NCBI GenBank assembly: GCA_041615815.1
Contig: JBFJCP010000025.1
Span: 10,109 to 74,108 of the forward strand
Source: Gemmatimonadales bacterium
GTDB lineage: Bacteria > Gemmatimonadota > Gemmatimonadetes > Gemmatimonadales > GWC2-71-9
Length of the DNA stretch: 64,000 nt
Reading direction: 5' to 3'
The position numbers and the translations under genes are program-made. Below, in pieces: positions 10,619 through 20,978 of this stretch (its first letter is position 1; each line of letters starts with the position of its first letter). The notes below the pieces were generated by a model, which searched no databases, was not told the DNA's origin, and saw only the letters and a program-made list of their open reading frames with translations.

Positions 10619-12562
10619 CTACAGCTCCAGCGACCGGCTCGCAATCTTCTCTCGCACTCGCGCCAGAAAGTCCTCCACGGGCACGATTTCCTGCTTTTTG
10701 CCGGCGCCCCGGACCCGGACCGCGAGCGTGCCGGCTTCGACCTCTCGTTTCCCGACGACCGCCATGTACGGCACTTTCAGCACCTCAGCGTCGCGGATCC
10801 GGTAATTGAGCGTCTCGTTACGATCGTCGAGGGACGTCCGGATTTCGGCCTCGCGAAATCGGCGATGGATGTCCCGGGCCGCGTCTGTCTCTTCGTGGGT
10901 AATCGGAACGAGCCGTACCTGTTCCGGGGCCAACCACACCGGGAAGGCTCCGGCAAAATGCTCGATCAGGCAACCCACGAACCGTTCGAGCGTCCCGAAG
11001 ATGGCGCGGTGAATCATCACCGGGCGATGCGGTCGATTGTCGGATCCAGTGAACTCCAGCTCGAACCGTTCCGGTAGCTGATAATCGAGCTGGATGGTGG
11101 CCCCTTGCCACTCGCGACCAATGGCGTCTTCGAGCTTGATGTCGATTTTGGGACCGTAGAATGCGCCCCCGCCCTCGTCGAGCCCATACGTGATCCCGCG
11201 GCGATCGAGTGCGCGTTGGAGCGCTTGCTCCGCCACGTCCCAGGCGTCGTCCGACCCAATCTTCTCGGCCGGCCGGGTCGAGAGATCGAGCCGATAGGCG
11301 AAGCCAAACGTCCGGCGCAGCACCAAATCCACGAGATCGAGCATGTCGTAGATCTCGTCCTCGATCTGATCCTCGCGACAGAAGACGTGCGCGTCATCCA
11401 TGGTGAGCATCCGTACGCGCAAGAGACCGTGCAGCGTGCCGGAGAGCTCGTTCCGGTAGACGTTGGCCACCTCGGCCAATCGGACGGGAAGATCCCGATA
11501 CGACCGTTGGCGTGCCGCATAGATGAGGGTGTGCATGGGGCAATTCATGGGCTTCACGCGATAGCGCACGTTCTCCGCTTCGCCGCCCCCGGCGCCCATG
11601 CCGGGAAACTGATTGTCACCGTACAGCGGGAGGTGTCCCGACCGATAGAACAGTTCTTCCCGCGTAATGTGCGGCGTGAAGACCAAGTCGTAGTTCCGCC
11701 GCAGGAGCTCGTCCTCGATGAAGCGACGCAGCTCATGCTGCAGCGTGGCGCCGCGGGGGTGCCAGAGAACGAGCCCAGGTCCCACGTCTTCCTGGATACT
11801 AAACAGATCGAGCTGTTTGCCTAGCAAACGGTGATCGCGCTTTTCCGCCTCTTCCAGCCGGCGGAGGTACGCGTCGAGGTCGGCCTTGCGGAACCATGCG
11901 GTGCCGTAGATGCGCTGGAGCATCTGCCGGTTGGAATCCCCCCGCCAATAGGCGCCGGCCGCATGCAGCAGCTTGAAGTGTTTGATTCGTCCCGTGCTGG
12001 GAACGTGCGGTCCGCGGCACAGATCGACGAACGGGCCGTCCGTGTAGACCGAGATGACCTCGTCGTCGCCCAGCTCCTCGAGCCGTTCCAGTTTGAGCGG
12101 ATCATCCTTGAACCGCTGCCGCGCGGTATCGCGGTCCACCTCTTCGCGTACGAAGGGGTCGTCGCGCCCCACTACTTCCCGCATCTTCTTTTCGATCGTG
12201 ACCAGATCGTCCGGCGTAAACGGCCGCGGCACCTCGAAGTCGTAGTAGAATCCGTCCTGGATGGGCGGACCGAATCCGATGCTGGCATCCGGAAACAGCT
12301 CGCGCACGGCGGTGGCCAGAACGTGCGCGGCGGAATGGCGGAGCACCGGGAGGGCTGCTTCCTCACCTTCGGTCAGGACCTCGAGGCTGGTGTCCCCCCG
12401 AATCGGCCGATCCAGATCCCACACTTCGCCGTCGACGCGAGCGGCGACGGCCGCCCGGGCCAGACGAGGGCCAATGGCCTCGGCCACGGCACGAGGCGTC
12501 GTCCCAACGGGCACGTCCCGGGCCGACCCGTCGGGAAGCGTGAGCCGGATCTTCTTGGTCAT
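10619..12562 (-). CDS. thrS: Threonine--tRNA ligase
   Basis: N-terminal TGS domain, RHSAAH, DLCRGPHV, QRIYGTAW, KPMNCP, HRAIFG; start at MTKKIRL. Confidence 0.97.
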   Translation of the reverse strand: MTKKIRLTLPDGSARDVPVGTTPRAVAEAIGPRLARAAVAARVDGEVWDLDRPIRGDTSLEVLTEGEEAALPVLRHSAAHVLATAVRELFPDASIGFGPPIQDGFYYDFEVPRPFTPDDLVTIEKKMREVVGRDDPFVREEVDRDTARQRFKDDPLKLERLEELGDDEVISVYTDGPFVDLCRGPHVPSTGRIKHFKLLHAAGAYWRGDSNRQMLQRIYGTAWFRKADLDAYLRRLEEAEKRDHRLLGKQLDLFSIQEDVGPGLVLWHPRGATLQHELRRFIEDELLRRNYDLVFTPHITREELFYRSGHLPLYGDNQFPGMGAGGGEAENVRYRVKPMNCPMHTLIYAARQRSYRDLPVRLAEVANVYRNELSGTLHGLLRVRMLTMDDAHVFCREDQIEDEIYDMLDLVDLVLRRTFGFAYRLDLSTRPAEKIGSDDAWDVAEQALQRALDRRGITYGLDEGGGAFYGPKIDIKLEDAIGREWQGATIQLDYQLPERFELEFTGSDNRPHRPVMIHRAIFGTLERFVGCLIEHFAGAFPVWLAPEQVRLVPITHEETDAARDIHRRFREAEIRTSLDDRNETLNYRIRDAEVLKVPYMAVVGKREVEAGTLAVRVRGAGKKQEIVPVEDFLARVREKIASRSLEL

Positions 12563-12717
12563 GCGGCCGTCGTCGTTGGGCCAGCGAGGCTCAGCAGGGG
12601 CTCGGCAGCGCTCTGAAACAGGAAGAAGAGCACCACGCCCGCGATGACGATCGCCACGATCACCCCCGTGATGACGAGGACGCGGCGCCGGCGGGCCGGA
12701 GTGTGTGCGGTTTGCAT
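12559..12717 (-). CDS. Small single-TM protein (52 aa), possible thrS leader ORF
   Basis: Manual translation MQTAHTPARRRRVLVITGVIVAIVIAGVVLFFLFQSAAEPLLSLAGPTTTAA*; its stop overlaps the thrS ATG (ATGA). Confidence 0.6.
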   Translation of the reverse strand: MQTAHTPARRRRVLVITGVIVAIVIAGVVLFFLFQSAAEPLLSLAGPTTTAA

Positions 12718-12788
12718 GGTGACGTGGATAGAGCTTTGATTCGCGTATATCTATTATTCTTGTTAATTCTAGCACGGCCAGAGAGCCG

Positions 12789-13214
12789 ATGCCACGGGAG
12801 GACTTCATTCGCATACGACCCTACCAGGACGATTGGCTGGGCGTCGCCTTCTCCGCCGCCGTTGGGCTCGGGGCCGGACTCTTTGCCGGGATCGTGGCCG
12901 GCGAGCTGTTCGGCAAGGTGAACTCCGAACGGGTGCGGGGGGCCATGGGCCGGCTCAAACGACGGCCGGCGAGCCTGCCGGAACCGCATGCGGTCGAGCG
13001 CGCCGTGCAGGACGCATTGCGGGAGTTGGCCACCACACGCCACCTGAACGTGCGGGTGCACGCCCTGGGCGACGGCCTCGTCGAGCTGACGGGCACGGCG
13101 CCAGACGCCGCGTCCCGTCGCGTCGCTGGGGACACCGCCCGTACGGTTGTTGGGGCCGAGGTGGTGGTCAACCGGATCCTCGTGGAAGGGAACGATATTC
13201 CGAACGCTCGGTGA
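12789..13214 (+). CDS. Membrane-anchored BON-domain protein
   Basis: N-terminal TM helix, then L.V....G.VELTG...A...A..V.G...VVNRI (BON-like). Confidence 0.75.
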   Translation: MPREDFIRIRPYQDDWLGVAFSAAVGLGAGLFAGIVAGELFGKVNSERVRGAMGRLKRRPASLPEPHAVERAVQDALRELATTRHLNVRVHALGDGLVELTGTAPDAASRRVAGDTARTVVGAEVVVNRILVEGNDIPNAR

Positions 13215-13237
13215 TCCCTCCTCCACGCTCCTAGACG

Positions 13238-15979
13238 ATGGCAACGACGCAACTCGCCTCCCGGTACGATCCTTCGGCGATCGAAACCGACATCTACAAT
13301 CGATGGCGGGATGCCGGTGTGCTGACGGCAGACGCCCACAGCGACGCCACGCCATATGTCATCGTCATCCCGCCCCCCAACGTCACGGCGGTCCTCCACA
13401 TGGGCCACGGCCTGAACAACACGATTCAGGACGTCCTGATCCGTTTCGAGCGCATGCGGGGCCGCGAGGCCCTCTGGCTTCCGGGAACGGATCACGCCGG
13501 CATTGCGACACAAAACGTGGTGGAGCGGCTCGTCGCCGACGAGTTAGGGAAGCGCCGACAGGACCTCGGTCGGGAACAATTCGTGGAACGGATCTGGACG
13601 TTCGTGCACGAAACGGGGAATACAATTCTCAAACAGCTCGAGGCCATCGGGGCATCGTGCGATTGGGACCGCACGCGCTTCACCCTCGACGACGAATACT
13701 CACGAGCGGTGCTCAAGGTGTTCGTCGATCTGTATCACGATGGGCTGATTTACCGTGGACACCGCGTCATCCACTGGTGTCCCCGGTGTCTCACGGCACT
13801 GTCCGACGAAGAGGCGGAGTTTCGGGAGCGGGACGATCATCTGTTTCACATTCGCTATCCCGTCGTAACATCGGCCGGGGAACGGCGCGGCGGAGCGATC
13901 TCGCCGGGAGGGGGCGAGCCGCCGAACCGCCGACTCGTCGATTCCATCGTCGTGGCCACGACGCGCCCCGAAACGATGTTCGGGGATGTGGCCTTGGTGT
14001 TTCACCCGGACGATGAGCGCTATCGGGACCTCAGAGGTCAGACCATCCGGATCCCTCTCACCGACGTGGAGATTCCCATCGAGGTGAGCCCGCGAGTGGA
14101 GCGCGAGTTTGGGAGCGGCATGCTCAAGGTCACTCCCGCTCACGATCCCAACGACTTTGAGATCGCCGGCGAGCTCGAGGGCGACTACGAAATGCCCGTG
14201 GTGATCGATGCCGAGGGGCGGATGGGTCACGAACCCCGGGTCCCCGAAGAGTTACGTGGGCTCGATCGCTACGAAGCACGCGAGCGGGCGGTCGCCATGC
14301 TCGAGCAGGAAGAACTCCTGGCAAAGAAGGAGCCCTATCGCCACGCAGTACGCCACTGTTATCGCTGTCACACCGTGGTGGAGCCGCGACTGTCCGATCA
14401 GTGGTTCGTGCGGATGAAACCGCTCGCCACACCAGCCCTCGCCGCGTACCGGGACGGCCAGTTGACGTTCGTGCCCGAGCGATGGGGTGCGGTCTACGAG
14501 AACTGGCTCACGGAGATTCGAGATTGGAACATCTCCCGGCAGCTCTGGTGGGGTCACCGCATACCCGCGTGGTACTGCGACGCCCCGTCGTGCGGACATA
14601 TCACCGTTGCCCTCGACCCCCCAGCCGCCTGTGAGCGATGCGGCGGGTCGGTTCGGCAGGACGAGGATGTGCTGGACACGTGGTTTTCGTCGTGGCTCTG
14701 GCCCTTCGCCACCATGGGGTGGCCGAACGCCACCGACGACCTCGCCAAATTCTATCCAGGACACACCCTCGTCACCGCCGCCGAGATCATCTTCTTCTGG
14801 GTAGCCCGGATGGTGATGGCGGGCTTCTACTTTATGGGCGAGCGCCCCTTCAGCACCGTGTACATTCACGGGACCGTACGCGACACGCTGCACCGGAAGA
14901 TGTCCAAGTCCCTGGGGAACGGGATCGACCCGTTGGAAGTGGTCAGCCGGTACGGCGCGGACGCGCTGCGGTTCACGGTGGTGGCAGGAGCGCCCGTGGG
15001 CACCGATGTCATTCTCGATCCCAACGATCTCGAGACGACCTTCGCCCCTGGACGCAACTTCGCCAACAAGGTGTGGAACGTTGGTCGCTTCATCCTGAGC
15101 AATCTCGACGGTCCCGTCGTGGCCCCGGATCGGTGGGACCCGGCCCACTTCGAGCTGGCCGATCGCTGGATCCTCTCGCGGGTCCAGCGCGTGATCGTGG
15201 ACACCACGGAGGCGCTCGAGCGATTTCGCCTCAACGACGCCGCCAACGCCATCTACCATTTCCTGTGGGACGATCTCGCCGACTGGTACGTCGAACAGGT
15301 GAAGCCGCGTCTCTACGGCGACGCTCGCGGGGGTGAAGTGGCGCGCGCAATTCTGCGCAACGTGTTCGAGACCGCATTGCGACTGCTCCACCCAATCATG
15401 CCGTTCATCACGGAGGAGCTCTGGCAATATCTCCCGCAGGCACGCGAACCCCTGCTCGCCAAGGCGGCGTGGCCCCGGCCCAAGGCGCCGTTGGTGGACG
15501 ACGAAGCCGAAGACCGCTTCGGCCGCGTGCAGGCGCTCGTCGCCGCCGTCCGTTCCGTGCGCGCGGAGTACAACGTGCCACCGGGCACCGAAATCGCCGC
15601 CGTCGTCCAGCCATCGAGCACGGACGCGCTGGAAGCGTTCAACGCCGAGCAACGCACGATCGAGCGCCTGGCCAAGCTGAAACATCTCACGATGGACGGC
15701 GCGGGAGAGGGTGCCGGTGCGCACCAGGTCTTGCCCGATGGTTCGGCCGTCTTCGTGCCACTCGGCAATGCGATCGACGTGCAGAAAGAGTGTGCGCGTC
15801 TGCGGACCGAAACGGCGCGATTGGACGGGCAACTGAGAGGCGTCCGGCAGAAACTCCAAAACGAGCAATTCGTGAACCGCGCCCCGGCCGACGTGGTCCA
15901 GCGCGAGCGGGAGAAGGAGCAATCGTGGCGCGAGCAGCGCGAGACGCTTACCGCCAAGCTGCACGCGCTGGGCTGCTGA
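13238..15979 (+). CDS. valS: Valine--tRNA ligase
   Basis: PPPNVT..LHMGH, DHAGIATQ, ATTRPET, ISRQLWWGH, KMSKS, C-terminal coiled coil. Confidence 0.97.
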   Translation: MATTQLASRYDPSAIETDIYNRWRDAGVLTADAHSDATPYVIVIPPPNVTAVLHMGHGLNNTIQDVLIRFERMRGREALWLPGTDHAGIATQNVVERLVADELGKRRQDLGREQFVERIWTFVHETGNTILKQLEAIGASCDWDRTRFTLDDEYSRAVLKVFVDLYHDGLIYRGHRVIHWCPRCLTALSDEEAEFRERDDHLFHIRYPVVTSAGERRGGAISPGGGEPPNRRLVDSIVVATTRPETMFGDVALVFHPDDERYRDLRGQTIRIPLTDVEIPIEVSPRVEREFGSGMLKVTPAHDPNDFEIAGELEGDYEMPVVIDAEGRMGHEPRVPEELRGLDRYEARERAVAMLEQEELLAKKEPYRHAVRHCYRCHTVVEPRLSDQWFVRMKPLATPALAAYRDGQLTFVPERWGAVYENWLTEIRDWNISRQLWWGHRIPAWYCDAPSCGHITVALDPPAACERCGGSVRQDEDVLDTWFSSWLWPFATMGWPNATDDLAKFYPGHTLVTAAEIIFFWVARMVMAGFYFMGERPFSTVYIHGTVRDTLHRKMSKSLGNGIDPLEVVSRYGADALRFTVVAGAPVGTDVILDPNDLETTFAPGRNFANKVWNVGRFILSNLDGPVVAPDRWDPAHFELADRWILSRVQRVIVDTTEALERFRLNDAANAIYHFLWDDLADWYVEQVKPRLYGDARGGEVARAILRNVFETALRLLHPIMPFITEELWQYLPQAREPLLAKAAWPRPKAPLVDDEAEDRFGRVQALVAAVRSVRAEYNVPPGTEIAAVVQPSSTDALEAFNAEQRTIERLAKLKHLTMDGAGEGAGAHQVLPDGSAVFVPLGNAIDVQKECARLRTETARLDGQLRGVRQKLQNEQFVNRAPADVVQREREKEQSWREQRETLTAKLHALGC

Positions 15980-17121
15980 CCGCGCTGCTCAGCGGCTGCG
16001 CCCAGGTCCAGGAGCCTCCCGGCGGTCCGCCCGACTTCACCCCTCCCACACTGGTGAGTGTGCGCCCGGACTCGGGGGCAGTGCTCCCGCGATTCAACGA
16101 CGCGGCCGAGTTTCAGTTCGACGAGGTCGTGACCGAACCCACCGGGCAGACCGCCTCCCGCCTGTTCTTGCTCTCCCCCCGCCCGCGGGAGCTGGACGTG
16201 GACTGGAAACGGACGCGGCTTACCGTGAAACCGAGCGGGGGCTGGCGGCAGGGCGTGGTGTATCGATTGACGCTGCTCCCGCAGGTGACGGATCTCAGGA
16301 GCAATCGGCTCGAGACGGGACGCGTGATCGTGTTTTCGATCGGCCGACCCATTCCGGAAACCAGCATTGCAGGACGCGTCGTGGACTGGGAAGCGGGGCG
16401 GACCGCCCGTGCGGCCTTGGTGGAAGCGGTCGCCGTCCCCGATTCGACCGTGTACTTCACTCAAACCGATTCCACCGGGCAGTTCGATCTCACAGCCATC
16501 CCACCCGGGATCTACACACTCTATGGCACGATCGATGGCAACAACAATCAGGTGCGCGATCGGGGTGAGGCGTTCGACTCCATGACCGTAGCCCTCGATT
16601 CGATGCTCGGTCAGGTCTTCTGGGCATTTCGCCAGGACACGCTGGGACCGCAGATCCAGGCCGCCACCAGGGCGGACAGTCAGACCATCGCGATCGAGTT
16701 CACCCAGGCCCTCGCGCCGGGACCGGTGGACACGGCGGCGATCCAGGTCTTCGCTCTCCCGGATAGCAGCCCGGTAGGCGTCCAAACGGTGTGGACCCAG
16801 GCGCAGTACGACTCGGTGCGGGCTGCCGAGCGCGACCGAGCACGCGCGGCCGTGGATTCGGCCCGAGCGGACTCCGCCGCGGCTGATTCCGTGGCCGCGC
16901 CACGGCCGCCGGTGCAAGCTCCTCCGGCGGCCGCCCCGGACACCACACCCGCGGCGCAGCTCGTGGCGCAACGGCCGCCGTTGATCAGCCGGATCTTTCT
17001 CAGGCTCACCGCACCCGTCCGTCCCGGGGACCGGTTCCTGATCACGAGCCGTCTCGCCAACGTCCTGGGCGCGGTGGCCGACTCCCGCTCGGTGCTGGTC
17101 ATTCCGGGAGGCGGCCGATGA
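15925..17121 (+). CDS. Lipoprotein with Ig-like (Big_5-type) domain
   Basis: GTG 15925 follows gaaggag; lipobox LSGC, then CA...PPGGPPD.TPP; beta-rich; overlaps the valS end. Confidence 0.75.
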   Translation: MARAARDAYRQAARAGLLTALLSGCAQVQEPPGGPPDFTPPTLVSVRPDSGAVLPRFNDAAEFQFDEVVTEPTGQTASRLFLLSPRPRELDVDWKRTRLTVKPSGGWRQGVVYRLTLLPQVTDLRSNRLETGRVIVFSIGRPIPETSIAGRVVDWEAGRTARAALVEAVAVPDSTVYFTQTDSTGQFDLTAIPPGIYTLYGTIDGNNNQVRDRGEAFDSMTVALDSMLGQVFWAFRQDTLGPQIQAATRADSQTIAIEFTQALAPGPVDTAAIQVFALPDSSPVGVQTVWTQAQYDSVRAAERDRARAAVDSARADSAAADSVAAPRPPVQAPPAAAPDTTPAAQLVAQRPPLISRIFLRLTAPVRPGDRFLITSRLANVLGAVADSRSVLVIPGGGR

Positions 17122-18464
17122 CCGATCGCCGCCGCGCGCTCCCCGCCGTCAACACCCTGCTGGCCGAGGCGGAACGAGCGGGACTGACCGCGCAGACCCC
17201 GCGGGGCCTGGTGGTGGATGCGATCCGGGAGGTCCTGCAGGAAGCGAGACGCGGTGGCGGGACCCTTTCGCATGAGTCGTGGCTGCCGGCGATCGAGCGT
17301 CGAGTCGTGGCGCGCACTCGGCTGTCCCTGCGTCGCGTCGTCAACGCCACAGGCGTGGTGCTCCATACCAACCTCGGACGCGCTCCGCTGGCGGAGGCGG
17401 CTCAACGCGCTATGGAGGGGGCATTCGGCTACACAACGCTCGAACTGAACCGCGAGACCGGCGAGCGTGGATCACGCCAGGACCATGTGCGCGCCCTACT
17501 GCGAGAGTTGACCGGCGCTGACGACGCATTGGTGGTGGGAAACGCCGCGGCGGCGTTGTTCTTGTTGCTGGCGGCGGTGGCGGCTGGCGGCGAAACGGTG
17601 GTGTCGCGCGGTGAATTGGTCGAGATCGGCGGCGCGTTCCGCATTCCCGAGATTCTCGCAAAGAGCGGTAGCATCCTGGTGGAGGTCGGGACCACGAATC
17701 GCACCCGGCTCCGCGACTACGCCCTCGCGGTGAGTCCGCGCACCCGCCTCTTCCTGAAAGTGCATCGGTCCAACTTCGAGATCACGGGCTTCGTGGCGGA
17801 GACCGCGATCGCAGACCTGGTCGCGCTTGGGCGGGACCGCGCCATTCCGGCCGCCCACGATGTGGGGAGCGGCCTGCTCGTTTCCCTCGAGCGGTTTGGG
17901 CTCTCCGGAGAGCCACTCGTTTCGCAGAGCGTTGCGGCGGGAGCCACGGTCGTCTTTTCGGGAGACAAGCTGCTAGGCGGCCCGCAAGCCGGAATACTCG
18001 TGGGGCCGTCGACCGTCGTTCAACAGGCGGCGCGCCACCCCCTGACCCGAGCGCTTCGGCCTGACAAGACCGTCCTGGCGGCCCTCGAAGCCACCCTCAT
18101 GCTCTACCGCGATCCCGAAGACGCGGTGCGGGCCATCCCGACGCTGGCCATGCTCACCGCCTCACCGGCAAGCCTCAAGCGGCGGGCGCGACGCCTCGCA
18201 CGTCGCATTCCGGGAGCCACGACGATGCCCGGACTGTCGTCGGTGGGAGGTGGGGCATTCCCCGGCGTGGACCTGCCGACGACACTCGTCGGGATCGAGC
18301 CGGCGTCGTGTGACCAATTCCTGCGGCAGCTGCGGGCCAACGATCCGCCGGTGATCGCTCGGACCGCGGAGGGATGCGTGGTGTTTGACGTGCGCACCGT
18401 GGCCGACGCGGAGCTTGCCATCGTGGGGGACGCCGCGCGCGCCATTGTTGCGTCGGGATTGTGA
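17118..18464 (+). CDS. selA: L-seryl-tRNA(Sec) selenium transferase
   Basis: VVNATGVVLHTNLGRAPL, SRGELVEIGG.FR, EVGTTNRT, PLP Lys in FSGDKLLGGPQAG. Confidence 0.95.
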   Translation: MTDRRRALPAVNTLLAEAERAGLTAQTPRGLVVDAIREVLQEARRGGGTLSHESWLPAIERRVVARTRLSLRRVVNATGVVLHTNLGRAPLAEAAQRAMEGAFGYTTLELNRETGERGSRQDHVRALLRELTGADDALVVGNAAAALFLLLAAVAAGGETVVSRGELVEIGGAFRIPEILAKSGSILVEVGTTNRTRLRDYALAVSPRTRLFLKVHRSNFEITGFVAETAIADLVALGRDRAIPAAHDVGSGLLVSLERFGLSGEPLVSQSVAAGATVVFSGDKLLGGPQAGILVGPSTVVQQAARHPLTRALRPDKTVLAALEATLMLYRDPEDAVRAIPTLAMLTASPASLKRRARRLARRIPGATTMPGLSSVGGGAFPGVDLPTTLVGIEPASCDQFLRQLRANDPPVIARTAEGCVVFDVRTVADAELAIVGDAARAIVASGL

Positions 18465-18554
18465 ACGGAGGGAAACGGATCCAAATTGCCAGCTGACAGA
18501 TTCCCACCGACGCCGTCACGAGCCACAGGGGGAAGGGCGACGCAGGGAGGACCA

Positions 18555-19223
18555 ATGCACGTGGCCGTCCTCGCCTCGGGTTCCGGCACCAATCTCCAGG
18601 CGCTGTTGGATCACTGTCGTACAGGAGCCGCCGCACAGGTCACGCTCGTGGTCAGCAATACAACATCCGCGCGAGCCCTCGAGCGCGCCCACGCCGCCGG
18701 CGTTGCCACCCATGTGCTCATGGACCACCGCGATGGGCGAGAGCTCACGGAGACGCTCGCCGCCCATCGGACCGACCTGGTGGTCCTCGCTGGCTACCTG
18801 AAGCTGGTGCCGCCCGCAACCGTGGATGCATACGCCGGCCGCATGATCAATCTGCACCCGGCGCTGCTGCCTGCCTTCGGCGGAAAGGGAATGTACGGAT
18901 CAAACGTGCACCGAGCCGTGCTGGACTCGGGAGCGACGATCACGGGAGTGTCGATACACCTGGTGACGCATGAATACGACCGGGGGCCGGTGATTGCACA
19001 GTGGCCTGTGCCCGTCGCGGCGGACGACACGCCGGACGCGCTGGCGGCACGGATCCGTCACGTAGAACACGCACTGCTCCCGGCCGTGGTCTTGGCCGCC
19101 GCTCGGGCGGGACGGGTCGTGCGCCTGGTCCCCAAGGGGAACGTATTCACACTGACGGCAGACGCCGAGGCAATCCCGGAGCTGCTATTGCCAACTGCGC
19201 TTCCCGCCCAGTCACCACGGTAA
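18555..19223 (+). CDS. purN: Phosphoribosylglycinamide formyltransferase
   Basis: ASGSGTNLQA, LAGYL, NLHPALLP, YDRGPVI; ATG follows ggagg. Confidence 0.93.
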   Translation: MHVAVLASGSGTNLQALLDHCRTGAAAQVTLVVSNTTSARALERAHAAGVATHVLMDHRDGRELTETLAAHRTDLVVLAGYLKLVPPATVDAYAGRMINLHPALLPAFGGKGMYGSNVHRAVLDSGATITGVSIHLVTHEYDRGPVIAQWPVPVAADDTPDALAARIRHVEHALLPAVVLAAARAGRVVRLVPKGNVFTLTADAEAIPELLLPTALPAQSPR

Positions 19224-19240
19224 TGGGCAACGAAGGCGAG

Positions 19241-19282
19241 CACTCATCACCGAGCCCACGACACCTAACACCTAACACTCAT
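19241..19282. repeat. Six imperfect heptamer units before purH
   Basis: cactcat-caccgag-cccacga-cacctaa-cacctaa-cactcat. Confidence 0.6.
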
Positions 19283-19286
19283 ACAC

Positions 19287-20816
<1,530 letters not shown>

Positions 20817-20978
20817 AGAGGCAGGGGTTGGGGATCAGGGACTAGAAATTGGGATCGGTCAGAGCTTGTGTTCAGCACCGGCGGTCCGACCCAACGGCCG
20901 CCGATGGCACGACCTTCGTTGGCGAAGCCCCGCGCGACTCGTCTTTCCCAATCCCTTACCCCGAACCCCTATCTCCCC
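20817..20978. repeat. Heptamer-periodic inverted repeat between convergent genes
   Basis: aggggtt-ggggatc-agggact-agaaatt-gggat faces ttcccaa-tccctta-ccccgaa-cccctat. Confidence 0.65.

Noticed and set aside
18465..18554. Riboswitch upstream of purN/purH
   Set aside because: No recognisable ZTP, purine or PRPP aptamer consensus by eye.
19241..19282. CRISPR array (also considered for the other repeat tracts)
   Set aside because: Units are 7-9 nt with no unique spacers, and there are no cas genes.
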